From NCBI GenBank assembly GCA_000092065.1, contig CP000581.1: 64,000 nt of DNA; one strand, given 5' to 3'. Origin of the DNA: Ostreococcus lucimarinus. Lineage: Eukaryota. The translations under genes were made by a program, and so were the position numbers. Under the pieces are notes generated by a model. That model saw only the letters and a program-made list of their open reading frames with translations, was not told the DNA's origin and ran no database searches. Below are positions 19,663 through 29,391 of the stretch, in pieces (the first letter of the stretch is position 1; every line of letters begins with the position of its first letter).

Positions 19663-20091
19663 CTAACTTCTCACATGATATGCGTCCAGCGATGCGGTGA
19701 GATCCGCGGCGCGCTCGCGCTCCACGAAGATTGCGCGGTTTGTTTCTGCGAGATTTTGTTCCAGAGCGCGACAAAGCGAGTCGTGAAGGAGCCGGGCGAT
19801 GAGAGCAGCGCGCTGAAAATGCTCGAGAGTGTCTCGAGCGCCATCGTTTCCTGCGGCGGCGGCGGCGCGACGTTCGGTAATGTAGGCGACGATGTAGGCG
19901 ACTTTCGCGGCGTGGGCGAGGTTCTGCGCGTATTCAGTGATTAGAGAGTCGGCGAGAGAGTTTGCGATGGCGGCAGCACCGACGGCCACTTCTCTCGCGT
20001 GGGCGATGCGTTCGAGCGTCTCTGACGCGAGGGCGGACTCTTCGGCGCGTGCGTCGCGGACTTGATCGCCGTCTTTAGGTGGTTGGCACAT
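19663..20091 (-). CDS. Possible small helical protein (142 aa), unassigned
   Basis: The ORF sits in a 666-bp gap upstream of NRDE2. Its composition is not Arg-rich junk (it contains I/Y/F/N/Q), but no family was recognised and a different-frame + ORF overlaps it. Confidence 0.2.
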   Translation of the reverse strand: MCQPPKDGDQVRDARAEESALASETLERIAHAREVAVGAAAIANSLADSLITEYAQNLAHAAKVAYIVAYITERRAAAAAGNDGARDTLEHFQRAALIARLLHDSLCRALEQNLAETNRAIFVERERAADLTASLDAYHVRS

Positions 20092-20237
20092 CGATGATTT
20101 CCGTCGCTAGCAAAATAATTCGCCACTTTTGCGGCGCTGCAGCGCGTTCTGCAGAGTCACAGCGTGCGCACGAGGGTCGAGAACAAATATAGCGCGCAAA
20201 CGAACGTCAACCAACTTACATGCTAACAAGCTACAGA

Positions 20238-21236
20238 CTAATAAAACGTCGTTCGCGTTCTATGATGCGGTTCTACCGAGGTTTTGCGCTTTTCTTCGCC
20301 TCTTTCCCACAGGTACCAGTCTATAACGATGCTGCTGACACGCTCACCGTGCTTTTTCGCGAAGGACTCGCGAATCGCTTCAACCGCCATCACCGTGCAT
20401 GCGCGAATCTCGACTTCTTCCGCACTGTTCGCTGGTATCTCCTCCTTATTCACGATTTTCGTTAACAGAGCGTCGTCATAGTGTAAGATGCCTTGCTCGC
20501 GAAGCGTCACCGGGACTCTGTAATCGGCGAACATGGTCAGCGCCTCGATATCATGAAACGATCCCAAACCTTGTCCGCGAAAGCCGCCCCAGAGATCCCC
20601 CACGAAAATTTGCGCGCGCTTATAGAAGAAAACGTCATCCCCGTTCGCATGCACCTCGTCACGAAATCCCGGGAAGTGTTCAAGAAGGAGCTCCACCAAC
20701 CGCACCGCCGATCCGTTCGCGGCTCGAACAAACTCGGCGCACGAACCGCCGAAACTTTTCGCCAACCCATCACCCACTTCCCGAATCAGTCTAGCCCGCG
20801 TCTCTTCGTCCGGCAGAGGCCGCGGCCAATTCAATATCGCTCGTAAATCTGGCCCACTCATCGTTTGCAACCGCTCGCACGTCAACACCGTCCAATCTCC
20901 CGCGTGTGCGTTCCTCCAGCCTCTCGTAAGATGCTCGTACTCTAGTCCTTCCTCCACGCCGTCGTCGTGATCGGGCCAAAAGCAAAAGTTTATCGCGTCC
21001 ACACACAGCGTGAACATTGCCATCGCCTCGTCGTCTCCACGGACGTCCCCGTGATGCGCGCCGTCGTCGAAGCCGCGACAGCCTCGTTTCAGACGCGCGA
21101 CGTCGTCGTCGCCCAGCGCGTCGACGAACCGCGCGACCGCATCCGCGTCCACTGTAACCTGACGAGCGCGTTGGGCTACCTTTGCACACGTCGCGCGCAC
21201 GCGCGCGCACGGATCGAGGGCATCGACCGACGACAT
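20238..21236 (-). CDS. QNG1: Queuosine-salvage protein (DUF2419 / QNG1, C9orf64-like)
   Basis: AINFCFWPD...KRAQIFVGDLWG...TMFADYRVPVTLRE are the characteristic DUF2419 blocks. Start at ATG 21236-21234; the upstream part of the ORF is Arg/His-rich junk. Confidence 0.75.
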   Translation of the reverse strand: MSSVDALDPCARVRATCAKVAQRARQVTVDADAVARFVDALGDDDVARLKRGCRGFDDGAHHGDVRGDDEAMAMFTLCVDAINFCFWPDHDDGVEEGLEYEHLTRGWRNAHAGDWTVLTCERLQTMSGPDLRAILNWPRPLPDEETRARLIREVGDGLAKSFGGSCAEFVRAANGSAVRLVELLLEHFPGFRDEVHANGDDVFFYKRAQIFVGDLWGGFRGQGLGSFHDIEALTMFADYRVPVTLREQGILHYDDALLTKIVNKEEIPANSAEEVEIRACTVMAVEAIRESFAKKHGERVSSIVIDWYLWERGEEKRKTSVEPHHRTRTTFY

Positions 21237-21575
21237 GTCGCGATGTGCTGCGCGTGGGGGGAGAAAATTTTTGAAATTGTGACAGCTGACGACACAACGC
21301 CACTCGTGCGCGTCGCACGGCGCGCGGAAAACGGACGACGGACGACGGACGGCGAGAACTGTGACTCGTGCGGGCTCCTTGACTCGTGCGGGCGATCGAA
21401 CCGCGAAGAACTCGACGAGCGCGCGCGGAACGAGATTTTCGTGGGATTGCTCGGGACGATCGCGGCCGGGACATCGAGACATCGGCCGACGCGCGTCGTG
21501 GGAGCGTGCGGACGACGGAGGTGCGGCGACGAGAAGTGTATTTAACGGCGCGTCGGACGCGACGGCGGAGACGAC
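21237..21575. promoter_or_regulatory. 339-bp divergent promoter between QNG1 (-) and MCM6 (+). It has candidate E2F-like elements (gcgcggaaaac at 21322-21332; tttaacggcgcg at 21541-21552).
   Basis: Head-to-head ATGs. The GCGCGGAAAA and TTT..GGCGCG motifs loosely resemble the TTTSSCGC E2F site expected upstream of MCM genes. Confidence 0.3.
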
Positions 21576-24176
21576 ATGACGAGCGTGAACGTGAACGTGC
21601 AAGGGAGCGATGAGGTGCGAAGGAGGTTTCAGTCTTTTTTGAACGAGTACGTCTACGACGCAAGCGCGGATGCGCCCGACGATGGAGTGCTCGCCAGTCC
21701 GGGTGTTCGAGATGATGCAAGAAGGAATCAGCGACGAGTGTACGTGGAGCAGTTGGAGTACATGGACTCTAAGACGACGTTGACGGTTGATTTTTCACAC
21801 TTGATGGACTACGACAACGAACTCGGTGCCGAGGCGGTGCAGGCGAACTTTTACATGTATCAGCCGTTCTTGAACGAGGCGGTGGGATTATTTGTACGAG
21901 AACATCGACCGGAATTGGTAAGGTACGATGGTGGCGTGGAAAAAGAGTTTTGGGTGAAGTTTTTCAACTTGCCTCGAGTCGATCGGTTACGAAGTTTGAA
22001 GGCAAACAACATCGGGCAACTTTCGAGCTTTAGCGGGACAGTGACGCGCACGTCGGACGTTCGACCGGAGTTGTTGATGGGGTGCTTCAAATGTGGCGAG
22101 TGTGGAACCCTGGTGCCGAATGTGGAGCAGCAGTGTCGGTATACGGAACCGTCAATCTGCCTCAACGAAGTTTGCGGCAACAGAAACAAGTGGACCCTGG
22201 AGCGAGAGGGGTGCAAGTTTGTGGATTGGCAAAGAGTGCGTGTACAAGAGAACGCGGACGAGGTCCCGGCTGGCTCATTGCCAAGAAGCATGGACGTCAT
22301 ACTTCGACACGAAATCGTCGAAGAAGCGCGAGCCGGTGACAAGGCTGTGTTCACTGGCACTTTGCTCGTTGTGCCAGAGGTCGCCCCAAAGAACATGGCG
22401 GGCGATCGCACCGAGCTCCAATCTTCGGCCAAGGGACGAAGCGATGGTATTACGGGCTTGCGTCAGTTAGGTTGCCGAGAACTCTTCTATCGCATGGTTT
22501 TTGTCGCGCAAAGCGTCGTGAACACGGCCGAGCCAAGTGGCGGCGGTGCGGTAGATATTCGCGGCGATGACGAGGAAGAAGTTGTCAAAACCTTTTCTTC
22601 GCAAGAAAAGCGCGAGATCACGCAAATGGCGCAAGATCCGCACTTGTACGACAAGTTTGTGCGCTCTATCGCTCCTACTGTGCACGGACACAGCGATATC
22701 AAGCGTGCCATCACCCTTATGTTATTCGGTGGCGTTCACAAGAGTACTGGTCAGACGAATTTGCGGGGAGACATCAACGTGTTGATCGTGGGTGATCCAT
22801 CCTGCGCGAAAAGTCAGTTCCTGAAGTATGTCACCGCATTCTTACCGCGCGCCGTGTATACTTCAGGCAAGAGCTCTTCTGCGGCTGGTTTGACGGCAAC
22901 TGTCGCTAAAGATATCGAAACTGGTGAATATTGTATCGAAGCCGGCGCGCTCATGCTCGCCGATAACGGTATTTGCTGCATCGATGAATTTGATAAGATG
23001 GACGTGAAAGACCAAGTCGCCATTCACGAGGCGATGGAGCAACAGACCATCAGTATTGCTAAAGCAGGCATTCAAGCGACGTTGAACGCGAGGACGAGTA
23101 TTTTGGCCGCCGCGAATCCAAACGGCGGACGTTACGATCGAAGCAAAAAGTTGCGACATAACTTGTCGCTTCCTCCGGCTATTTTGTCTCGTTTTGATTT
23201 AGTTCACGTCATGATCGATGAACCGGATGAGTTCCACGACTACACGTTGGCTCGACACATCGTGAGCTTGCATCAAAAGCGTGAAACCGCCGTGGAAGTT
23301 GATTTTTCGTTGGAGCAGCTTCAACGTTACATCCGATACGCGCGCACAATCAAACCGAGAATGACGCCGGAAGCTCAGAAAGAAATCGTGGATGCGTACG
23401 TGAAACTGCGTCGGGGTGATAGCCAGCCAGGTACGCAAACAGCGTACAGAATCACCGTTCGTCAGCTCGAGGCAATCGTCCGTCTGTCTGAGGCTCTCGC
23501 GCGATTGCACTGCCGGGCGGAAGTGCATCCGAAGCACGTGAGAGAAGCGAGACGACTTTTGTCCGAGTCCATCATCGCTGTCGAGGCTCGCGATTTGACA
23601 CTCGACGCGGATGACATGGAGCTCGAGAACGACATCAGTGATCCCATCCTTCCCGAAGAAGTTCTCGAGAGCTTGCGAGCTAAGCGACGCGAGCAAGAAC
23701 GTCAAGCAAAAGCGCAAGAGAAAGGAGAGGATGCGGCTGACGGCGAGGACATGGCCCCCGCTGAACCCGAGCCTGTAGCTGAGAAGCGAACGACCACGGT
23801 GAGTTCCGAAAGGTACAATCAGGTCAAACACATTCTCCTGCGCCACATGCGCCAACGCGAGCGCGACAGCGAAGATGGCGCCGAAGCTGGTATGCTCCAG
23901 AAAGATTTAATCAGCTGGTACATCGACGAGCAAGTCGTACCCTCGGGCGTTTCCGATCCCGAGGACCTCTTAGCCGAATACAAACTGGTGCGCAACATCA
24001 TCAAGCATCTCATCAACCGAGAGCAAACGCTCTTGGTCGTGCAAGAGGCGCAACCTGCGCCTTTGCTCGCCGAAGACGACGCAGCATTGGATCCCGCCGC
24101 CGTCGCTGCTCGCGAGCGCCAGCGCATCATTGAGGAGCGCGTGCTCGCCATCAACCCCAACTTTGATTTCGAATAG
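21576..24176 (+). CDS. MCM6: DNA replication licensing factor MCM6
   Basis: CxxC...CxxC zinc finger, Walker A IVGDPSCAKSQFLKYV, IDEFDKMD, arginine finger SRFDL. The N-terminal block ...YMYQPFLNEAVGLFVRE and the 866-aa size fit MCM6. Confidence 0.9.
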   Translation: MTSVNVNVQGSDEVRRRFQSFLNEYVYDASADAPDDGVLASPGVRDDARRNQRRVYVEQLEYMDSKTTLTVDFSHLMDYDNELGAEAVQANFYMYQPFLNEAVGLFVREHRPELVRYDGGVEKEFWVKFFNLPRVDRLRSLKANNIGQLSSFSGTVTRTSDVRPELLMGCFKCGECGTLVPNVEQQCRYTEPSICLNEVCGNRNKWTLEREGCKFVDWQRVRVQENADEVPAGSLPRSMDVILRHEIVEEARAGDKAVFTGTLLVVPEVAPKNMAGDRTELQSSAKGRSDGITGLRQLGCRELFYRMVFVAQSVVNTAEPSGGGAVDIRGDDEEEVVKTFSSQEKREITQMAQDPHLYDKFVRSIAPTVHGHSDIKRAITLMLFGGVHKSTGQTNLRGDINVLIVGDPSCAKSQFLKYVTAFLPRAVYTSGKSSSAAGLTATVAKDIETGEYCIEAGALMLADNGICCIDEFDKMDVKDQVAIHEAMEQQTISIAKAGIQATLNARTSILAAANPNGGRYDRSKKLRHNLSLPPAILSRFDLVHVMIDEPDEFHDYTLARHIVSLHQKRETAVEVDFSLEQLQRYIRYARTIKPRMTPEAQKEIVDAYVKLRRGDSQPGTQTAYRITVRQLEAIVRLSEALARLHCRAEVHPKHVREARRLLSESIIAVEARDLTLDADDMELENDISDPILPEEVLESLRAKRREQERQAKAQEKGEDAADGEDMAPAEPEPVAEKRTTTVSSERYNQVKHILLRHMRQRERDSEDGAEAGMLQKDLISWYIDEQVVPSGVSDPEDLLAEYKLVRNIIKHLINREQTLLVVQEAQPAPLLAEDDAALDPAAVAARERQRIIEERVLAINPNFDFE

Positions 24177-24312
24177 GCCATCGTTTGTACATAGTGATTC
24201 CATCATAACTCCTGAACTTTTCCGTCGCCTGGGCCTCGCGCGTGGGTCACCTAATCATCACACGGCGACGCGCGCGCTCGGCGACCCGGGAGCGCTCCAG
24301 CCCTCGGTTTGA

Positions 24313-27300
24313 ATGGACCACACCGAGGATGCGGCAACAACAACCGTCTCCCTCGAGCGTCTCGTCAAGCTCGAGCGTGACAACGCGTTGATGTTGAGTT
24401 TCATTCTCGACGACAAACGCCTCGAGTTCAATCTACCGCCAGGAACGTCGATGGATGACGTGAACTACGGCGCGGTGAACGTCCAAGACGTAATCGAGCG
24501 ACTACGACGTAACGAGCGCGTAGACTTGAGCGGGGTGCTCACGGCGTCCGCGGCGACGAAACGAGCAGGAGGGGACGCCGCAACGCAAGAAACGAGCGCG
24601 TGCGCGCCGAAGCGGCTGGAACGGAGCAAAGCGATTTCCAACGAATCGTCGACGGCGAAAAATTCGACTAATCCGTTCGAAAACATGGTGAATGTTGGTG
24701 TGAGCGATGGTATGGGTACGGCAGTAGCAACGGTAGAGGCGAAAAAAGCAGACGAGACGACCGCGGTCTTTACGCTCGACAAAGCGCCGTCGTGCGCAAG
24801 CTCTGGCGAACTGAAGTTACCAGATTTGTATTCGGCTCTCAGCGTTACAGATTTACGCGAACTGGCGTTTGAAATTGTTTGCTCGGTACAGATGGACGAA
24901 GAGCAGTTAGAAACGGCTCGCATCGCCTTAGATATCGACCAGGAACTTGCTGACAAGATTCAAAAGCATTCTGAGAAATTCGCGCCAGCCATCAAAGAGG
25001 AGGGGATCTCAGCGCGTATCCATCTGCGCGCGATGATATCCGCGATAGAGCATTTTAATGGCCCTCTCGGCGAGGGTGAGCAGTTTTTCAAGAAGCGTTG
25101 TCGCGCAGCATGCGAGCTGTTGTGGGCGCGTCATTGCTCTGAGCAAAACGCGAGTGCGAGCAAGAAGACAGCAGCGAAGCATGATTCAGACGACGATACT
25201 CCGAATCTTACGACACAAAACGTATTGTCCGAGATAAACAGAATGTTGACGCTTCCTGAAGTCGACGCCACATGGGTCGAGTCGGCGATTGAGATGATTG
25301 AATCCGTAATCGAAAGCGAAAAGAACGGTTTTGGGTACCCTGGCATCTTTGGTATGAAGTTATACGTCGAACTTTTAAGCGCAGTCTTTGACCAGGTGGA
25401 AGATTACACTCTGGCATACGATGCAACGACCATCATTGACAGCTTTCAACCCGTGGCATGCGCTTTGGGTTTGACAGATGAAACTTCTAGAGGTGTGATG
25501 CTGGCGTTTGCCGTAGTCAGGCAAGCGATCGCAGCCATGAAAGACGTGGGAATAGACTACGACGAAGGATCACCAGCGCTGGCTCTTTTATCAAAAGCGA
25601 GAGATAGTTTGCATCGTACGGAGACGAAAATGTCGCCGGCGGTTGCTTCAGCGGTGAGTTCTATTCTGAGCTGGGGCAGATTCATGCTGCACGACTTCAT
25701 GCACACCGTCGCGCCACCAGCGACACACGATGATCGTGACATCCTGATGATCGATCCAGAGGTGTTTGACGTTATTGTTGACATCACTTACGACACAGCG
25801 CAAATGTTGGGTCTAGATGGTGTCGCTATTTTGAAGGATGCTTGTCAAAAGTCTGCGTGCGCAGAGTATGATCGCGTTCGCACCGCTGCGATGGAGGATG
25901 CGAATGTACAAGGCGGTGATGCAACGTGTACCTCCCTCCGAACGATCGCTCAAACGACAGCACACAGCGCCGATCAGTTCTCTGCGCATCTAGAACGGTA
26001 CATAGTGACCTCCCCTGGAATGAGTTCCAACGTGACGGGATGCTTTGCTGCTCAACTCGGCGACCGCTTCAAGAAAGATTTATACGCTTGGCTCGAGTCA
26101 GGACCGCAACTCAATGTTCAATCTTTAGAGACTATATGGACGGTTGGTGATCTACAAAACGCACTCGTCGCTACTGGTGGTGATGCGGTCGAGCCCATGG
26201 CGTTAGATGAGCGCACGTCTGTTCTCGTGTTCACTTGGCTGAATGTGAAAATTGACGATTTAAACACCATCGTCGATCGATGCATCTCGACCGAGAGATG
26301 GAAAGTAAACAAGGATAGCGCTCCCGTTCCGAGTGCAGTCGACTTTTTACGAGCCGTGAACGAGACGTTGGATGGTTTTTTCTCGTTGAAAATCCCTGCG
26401 CACGTGAGCGCTTTGAGAGCGCTGACTGAGGGCATCGACGCCGCTGTGCGAAAGTATTCAAGGTCTGCCGTTCAATCGCTCGGTTCGGCTGAAGAGATCG
26501 TGCCGCCAATACCTACTATGACACGGTACAAAAAGGCTATAGTCGACGATCTCCACAACAATTTCAAGTCCGAAGAACCGCCACGATTTTCTTTTGAAGA
26601 AGGATGCGTCGGTGCGTCGACGCTGCGTTTGACTTCACTGAAATTCCTCATGGATAAGATGTACTTGCTTGAGCAAGAAATCATTCCGAAGTGGAAAAGT
26701 ATGCAACGTTCTGCGTCACTGCTGACTCATCCCAACGCGGAACACGTCGTGCCGAGTGCAGATTGGTTTGAAGGCATGATGGCTGGGGCGAGACAGGCGC
26801 TTCGCCAGAGCATGAGTCAAATAGCGAACCACATGGCGTACAGCGTTATCTATCGGGATTTGAGCGGCGCAATTCTACATAACATCTATGCGCAAGGCGT
26901 TCATAGAAGTTCGCACAACATCAGCACTGAGATATTGCCGTACTTGGATGGCGTCTTGGGTTACGTAGCCGTGCGACTGGACAGTCAGACTCGAAACGCG
27001 GTTGGCTCTTTTTTGCTACAAGCCACGGTCTCGGGATGGATGCGTGTGTTGTTGAACGGTGGGCCGAGTCGTGTGTTCGTTGCAAACGATGTTGAGCTTT
27101 TAGAAGAAGAAATAGAAATTCTTCGAGACTTTTTCATCGCGGGAGGCAACGGCTTGGACGTCGCCGAAGTCACCGCTCGCATCACGCCGATGTCCGCCAT
27201 TCTGTCCATGATGAGCCTCTCCACGGACGACTTGTGCCAAAATTACACCGATTTGAGTCAAAAAGAGATGCACACGCCGGTGTCAAACGCGGACGACACC

Positions 27301-27438
27301 GATATCATAAATATCCACACCGCCGACGTCGTCTTGCGAGTGCTCTGCCACCGCGCAGAACACTCGGCGAGCAAGTGGATCAAGGCACACTTTTCCATAC
27401 GCAAAACGGAATCTGCCGGCATGTTCGGTTTCATGTAG
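24313..27438 (+). CDS. Large conserved hypothetical protein (1041 aa); possibly a plant-type Munc13-homology (MHD1/MHD2, DUF810/PATROL1-like) protein
   Basis: Long uninterrupted ORF with balanced composition. C-terminal ...DVVLRVLCHRAEHSASKWIKAHFSIRK resembles the RVLCHR..R....FLKK motif that closes plant unc-13-like MHD2 domains. The assignment is tentative. Confidence 0.4.
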   Translation: MDHTEDAATTTVSLERLVKLERDNALMLSFILDDKRLEFNLPPGTSMDDVNYGAVNVQDVIERLRRNERVDLSGVLTASAATKRAGGDAATQETSACAPKRLERSKAISNESSTAKNSTNPFENMVNVGVSDGMGTAVATVEAKKADETTAVFTLDKAPSCASSGELKLPDLYSALSVTDLRELAFEIVCSVQMDEEQLETARIALDIDQELADKIQKHSEKFAPAIKEEGISARIHLRAMISAIEHFNGPLGEGEQFFKKRCRAACELLWARHCSEQNASASKKTAAKHDSDDDTPNLTTQNVLSEINRMLTLPEVDATWVESAIEMIESVIESEKNGFGYPGIFGMKLYVELLSAVFDQVEDYTLAYDATTIIDSFQPVACALGLTDETSRGVMLAFAVVRQAIAAMKDVGIDYDEGSPALALLSKARDSLHRTETKMSPAVASAVSSILSWGRFMLHDFMHTVAPPATHDDRDILMIDPEVFDVIVDITYDTAQMLGLDGVAILKDACQKSACAEYDRVRTAAMEDANVQGGDATCTSLRTIAQTTAHSADQFSAHLERYIVTSPGMSSNVTGCFAAQLGDRFKKDLYAWLESGPQLNVQSLETIWTVGDLQNALVATGGDAVEPMALDERTSVLVFTWLNVKIDDLNTIVDRCISTERWKVNKDSAPVPSAVDFLRAVNETLDGFFSLKIPAHVSALRALTEGIDAAVRKYSRSAVQSLGSAEEIVPPIPTMTRYKKAIVDDLHNNFKSEEPPRFSFEEGCVGASTLRLTSLKFLMDKMYLLEQEIIPKWKSMQRSASLLTHPNAEHVVPSADWFEGMMAGARQALRQSMSQIANHMAYSVIYRDLSGAILHNIYAQGVHRSSHNISTEILPYLDGVLGYVAVRLDSQTRNAVGSFLLQATVSGWMRVLLNGGPSRVFVANDVELLEEEIEILRDFFIAGGNGLDVAEVTARITPMSAILSMMSLSTDDLCQNYTDLSQKEMHTPVSNADDTDIINIHTADVVLRVLCHRAEHSASKWIKAHFSIRKTESAGMFGFM

Positions 27439-27598
27439 TCGTCATCATTTCCACGCCTATTCTCGATTCGTAGACGACGACGACGCGTCGTCGCGCTCGC
27501 CGAGGAAGAAATAGATAGAAATAGAAATCCCAAGTCTTGCGAAAGCAGCAAAGCTTCGTCGACCGACCGCGAACACCATTCTTTGACGCCCGCGCGCG

Positions 27599-29188
27599 AT
27601 GGAGTCGAAGCCGCTGCTCGACGTCGTCACCGTGCGTGACGACAGCGATGACGGATCGATCGATCACGCGCACGTCGCGCCGTCGCGCGCGATCCGTCGA
27701 CGGACGAAGTGCGTCGCCTTTGCGTGCGTGACCCTGCTCTTGAGTGCGTTCGTCTTCCTGATGGCGCACGACGCGGTGCGATCGGAATCGTTAGGGCGCA
27801 CGAACTCGGTGGCGTGGTTCAAAACGATGCTCTCTGGCGCTCCGTCGACGGATGTCGAAGCTGGGGGCGATGGAAACGCGAGCACAGCGCAAGGAAAGGG
27901 TGCGGCGCTCGGTCAATCGAGGGTGTTGACGCCGACGAAGGCGTTGACGAGGCAGATGGTGTTGGTAGAGGAGACGCGGAACGTGCCGATGAAGGATAGA
28001 TCGGTCGTCGAAGTAACGCGATCATACGATGGTCGCCGAGTGCGAGTGCCAACGTTTTTGGAAAAGTGGGCGACGGCGCCGTTTTGGGAAGACAACGCGT
28101 ACCTCAACGTGCACGAGAGTCCGAATTCAGAGACGGGAAAGCTTTTCGTCAGTGGACACTCGACGGATATGGGGAAATACGCCAACGTGTGGTTGGCGTC
28201 GGCCACGCATTGGGGGTTGCCGGCGAGAATTACCGGTCACGGGACGACCTGGAACAACTGGGAGGATAAGACAATGGGTTTGAGGACAGATTTAGAACAC
28301 ATGAGCGGCAATCCCGTCGTCGTCGTGAGCGACACGGGCGATGTTTTCTTCTCGTGTGGGCAAGACGAGTTGCTCAAACGATTCGAAGACAGTGGAGCGG
28401 ATATGCTTGTTAGTGGAGAGACGCAACTGTACCCGGAAGTCATGAGTTATTACGAGTTTCGCGACGACATTGACTGGATGGATAAGCACAACAATATGGG
28501 TGAAATCGGTCGAGTCGCTGAAGGCGAGCCGTTCCGCGGCGGCATTCCTGGTGACCCACGCGCATTCCGTTGGCCCAACGCCGGCTTGATGATGGGTCGC
28601 AAAGATGCACTGCTCAAGTATTTCGACTATCTCGAAGATAGTTTTGTCGAGACGGAGAATCTCTCAGGCGAGCGACGCTTTCGAAGCACGTGCAAGGCGT
28701 TTCAGCACACCGATGCACAAGCAAAGGAGGAGCGTATGAACGATGGATTTTACGACGATCAGCTTTGTTTGGCCTCGTACGCCATGTCTCGCATCGCCGA
28801 CCGCGATCCAAAATTCAAAATCGACCTCGACGGGTCGATCCTCCACTCTCCCGGAGCGATGGATATGCGACTGATGCGCCGAGATGAAAAAACTGGCCGC
28901 GTGTACAACGCCGAGACCGGGAAATCGCCATGCGCGTGGCATTTCAACACCGCCAACGCCAAAACTCATTTATCGATGGCCGTGGAAAAGTTCCCAAACT
29001 ATTTCGTCTCCGAGAACGTTGGAAACGAAATCCTGGGCCGGGAATTCGAGCCCGCGCTCGGCGCAGTCCCGACGCCGCCGCCGAAGTCCAAAAAGAAATC
29101 GTCCAAAAAGTCGAAGAAGCGATCCCACGTCGTCGTCGTCGACGACGACGACGACGACCCCTTCGACTTTGACCTCAACCTCGCGTGA
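27599..29188 (+). CDS. Type-II membrane protein with a glycosyltransferase domain resembling the N-terminal GT domain of lysyl hydroxylases (PLOD) / collagen glucosyl-galactosyltransferase
   Basis: Short cytosolic tail, one TM (CVAFACVTLLLSAFVFLMA), then PVVVVSDTGDVFFSCGQDELLKRFEDSGADMLVSGETQLYPE, compared with PLOD3 [42 protein letters not shown]. C-terminal KSKKKSSKKSKKRSHVVVVDDDDDD tail. Confidence 0.5.
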   Translation: MESKPLLDVVTVRDDSDDGSIDHAHVAPSRAIRRRTKCVAFACVTLLLSAFVFLMAHDAVRSESLGRTNSVAWFKTMLSGAPSTDVEAGGDGNASTAQGKGAALGQSRVLTPTKALTRQMVLVEETRNVPMKDRSVVEVTRSYDGRRVRVPTFLEKWATAPFWEDNAYLNVHESPNSETGKLFVSGHSTDMGKYANVWLASATHWGLPARITGHGTTWNNWEDKTMGLRTDLEHMSGNPVVVVSDTGDVFFSCGQDELLKRFEDSGADMLVSGETQLYPEVMSYYEFRDDIDWMDKHNNMGEIGRVAEGEPFRGGIPGDPRAFRWPNAGLMMGRKDALLKYFDYLEDSFVETENLSGERRFRSTCKAFQHTDAQAKEERMNDGFYDDQLCLASYAMSRIADRDPKFKIDLDGSILHSPGAMDMRLMRRDEKTGRVYNAETGKSPCAWHFNTANAKTHLSMAVEKFPNYFVSENVGNEILGREFEPALGAVPTPPPKSKKKSSKKSKKRSHVVVVDDDDDDPFDFDLNLA

Positions 29189-29391
29189 CTCGCTTAGTTT
29201 CATAGCACCATTAGTACGATTCCAAACAAAAGCAACCGCGAGCGCGCTCCACATTTTTAAACCCGAAAAGTCGGCTGTCGTCCAGATGGAATTTTTCGAA
29301 TACCGCACACCGCGCCGTCGGCCGAACGCGCTGACCGTCGCGCGTGACGCGAAGTGACGTAACATCGCAACGCACCGTGACGCATCGCAGC

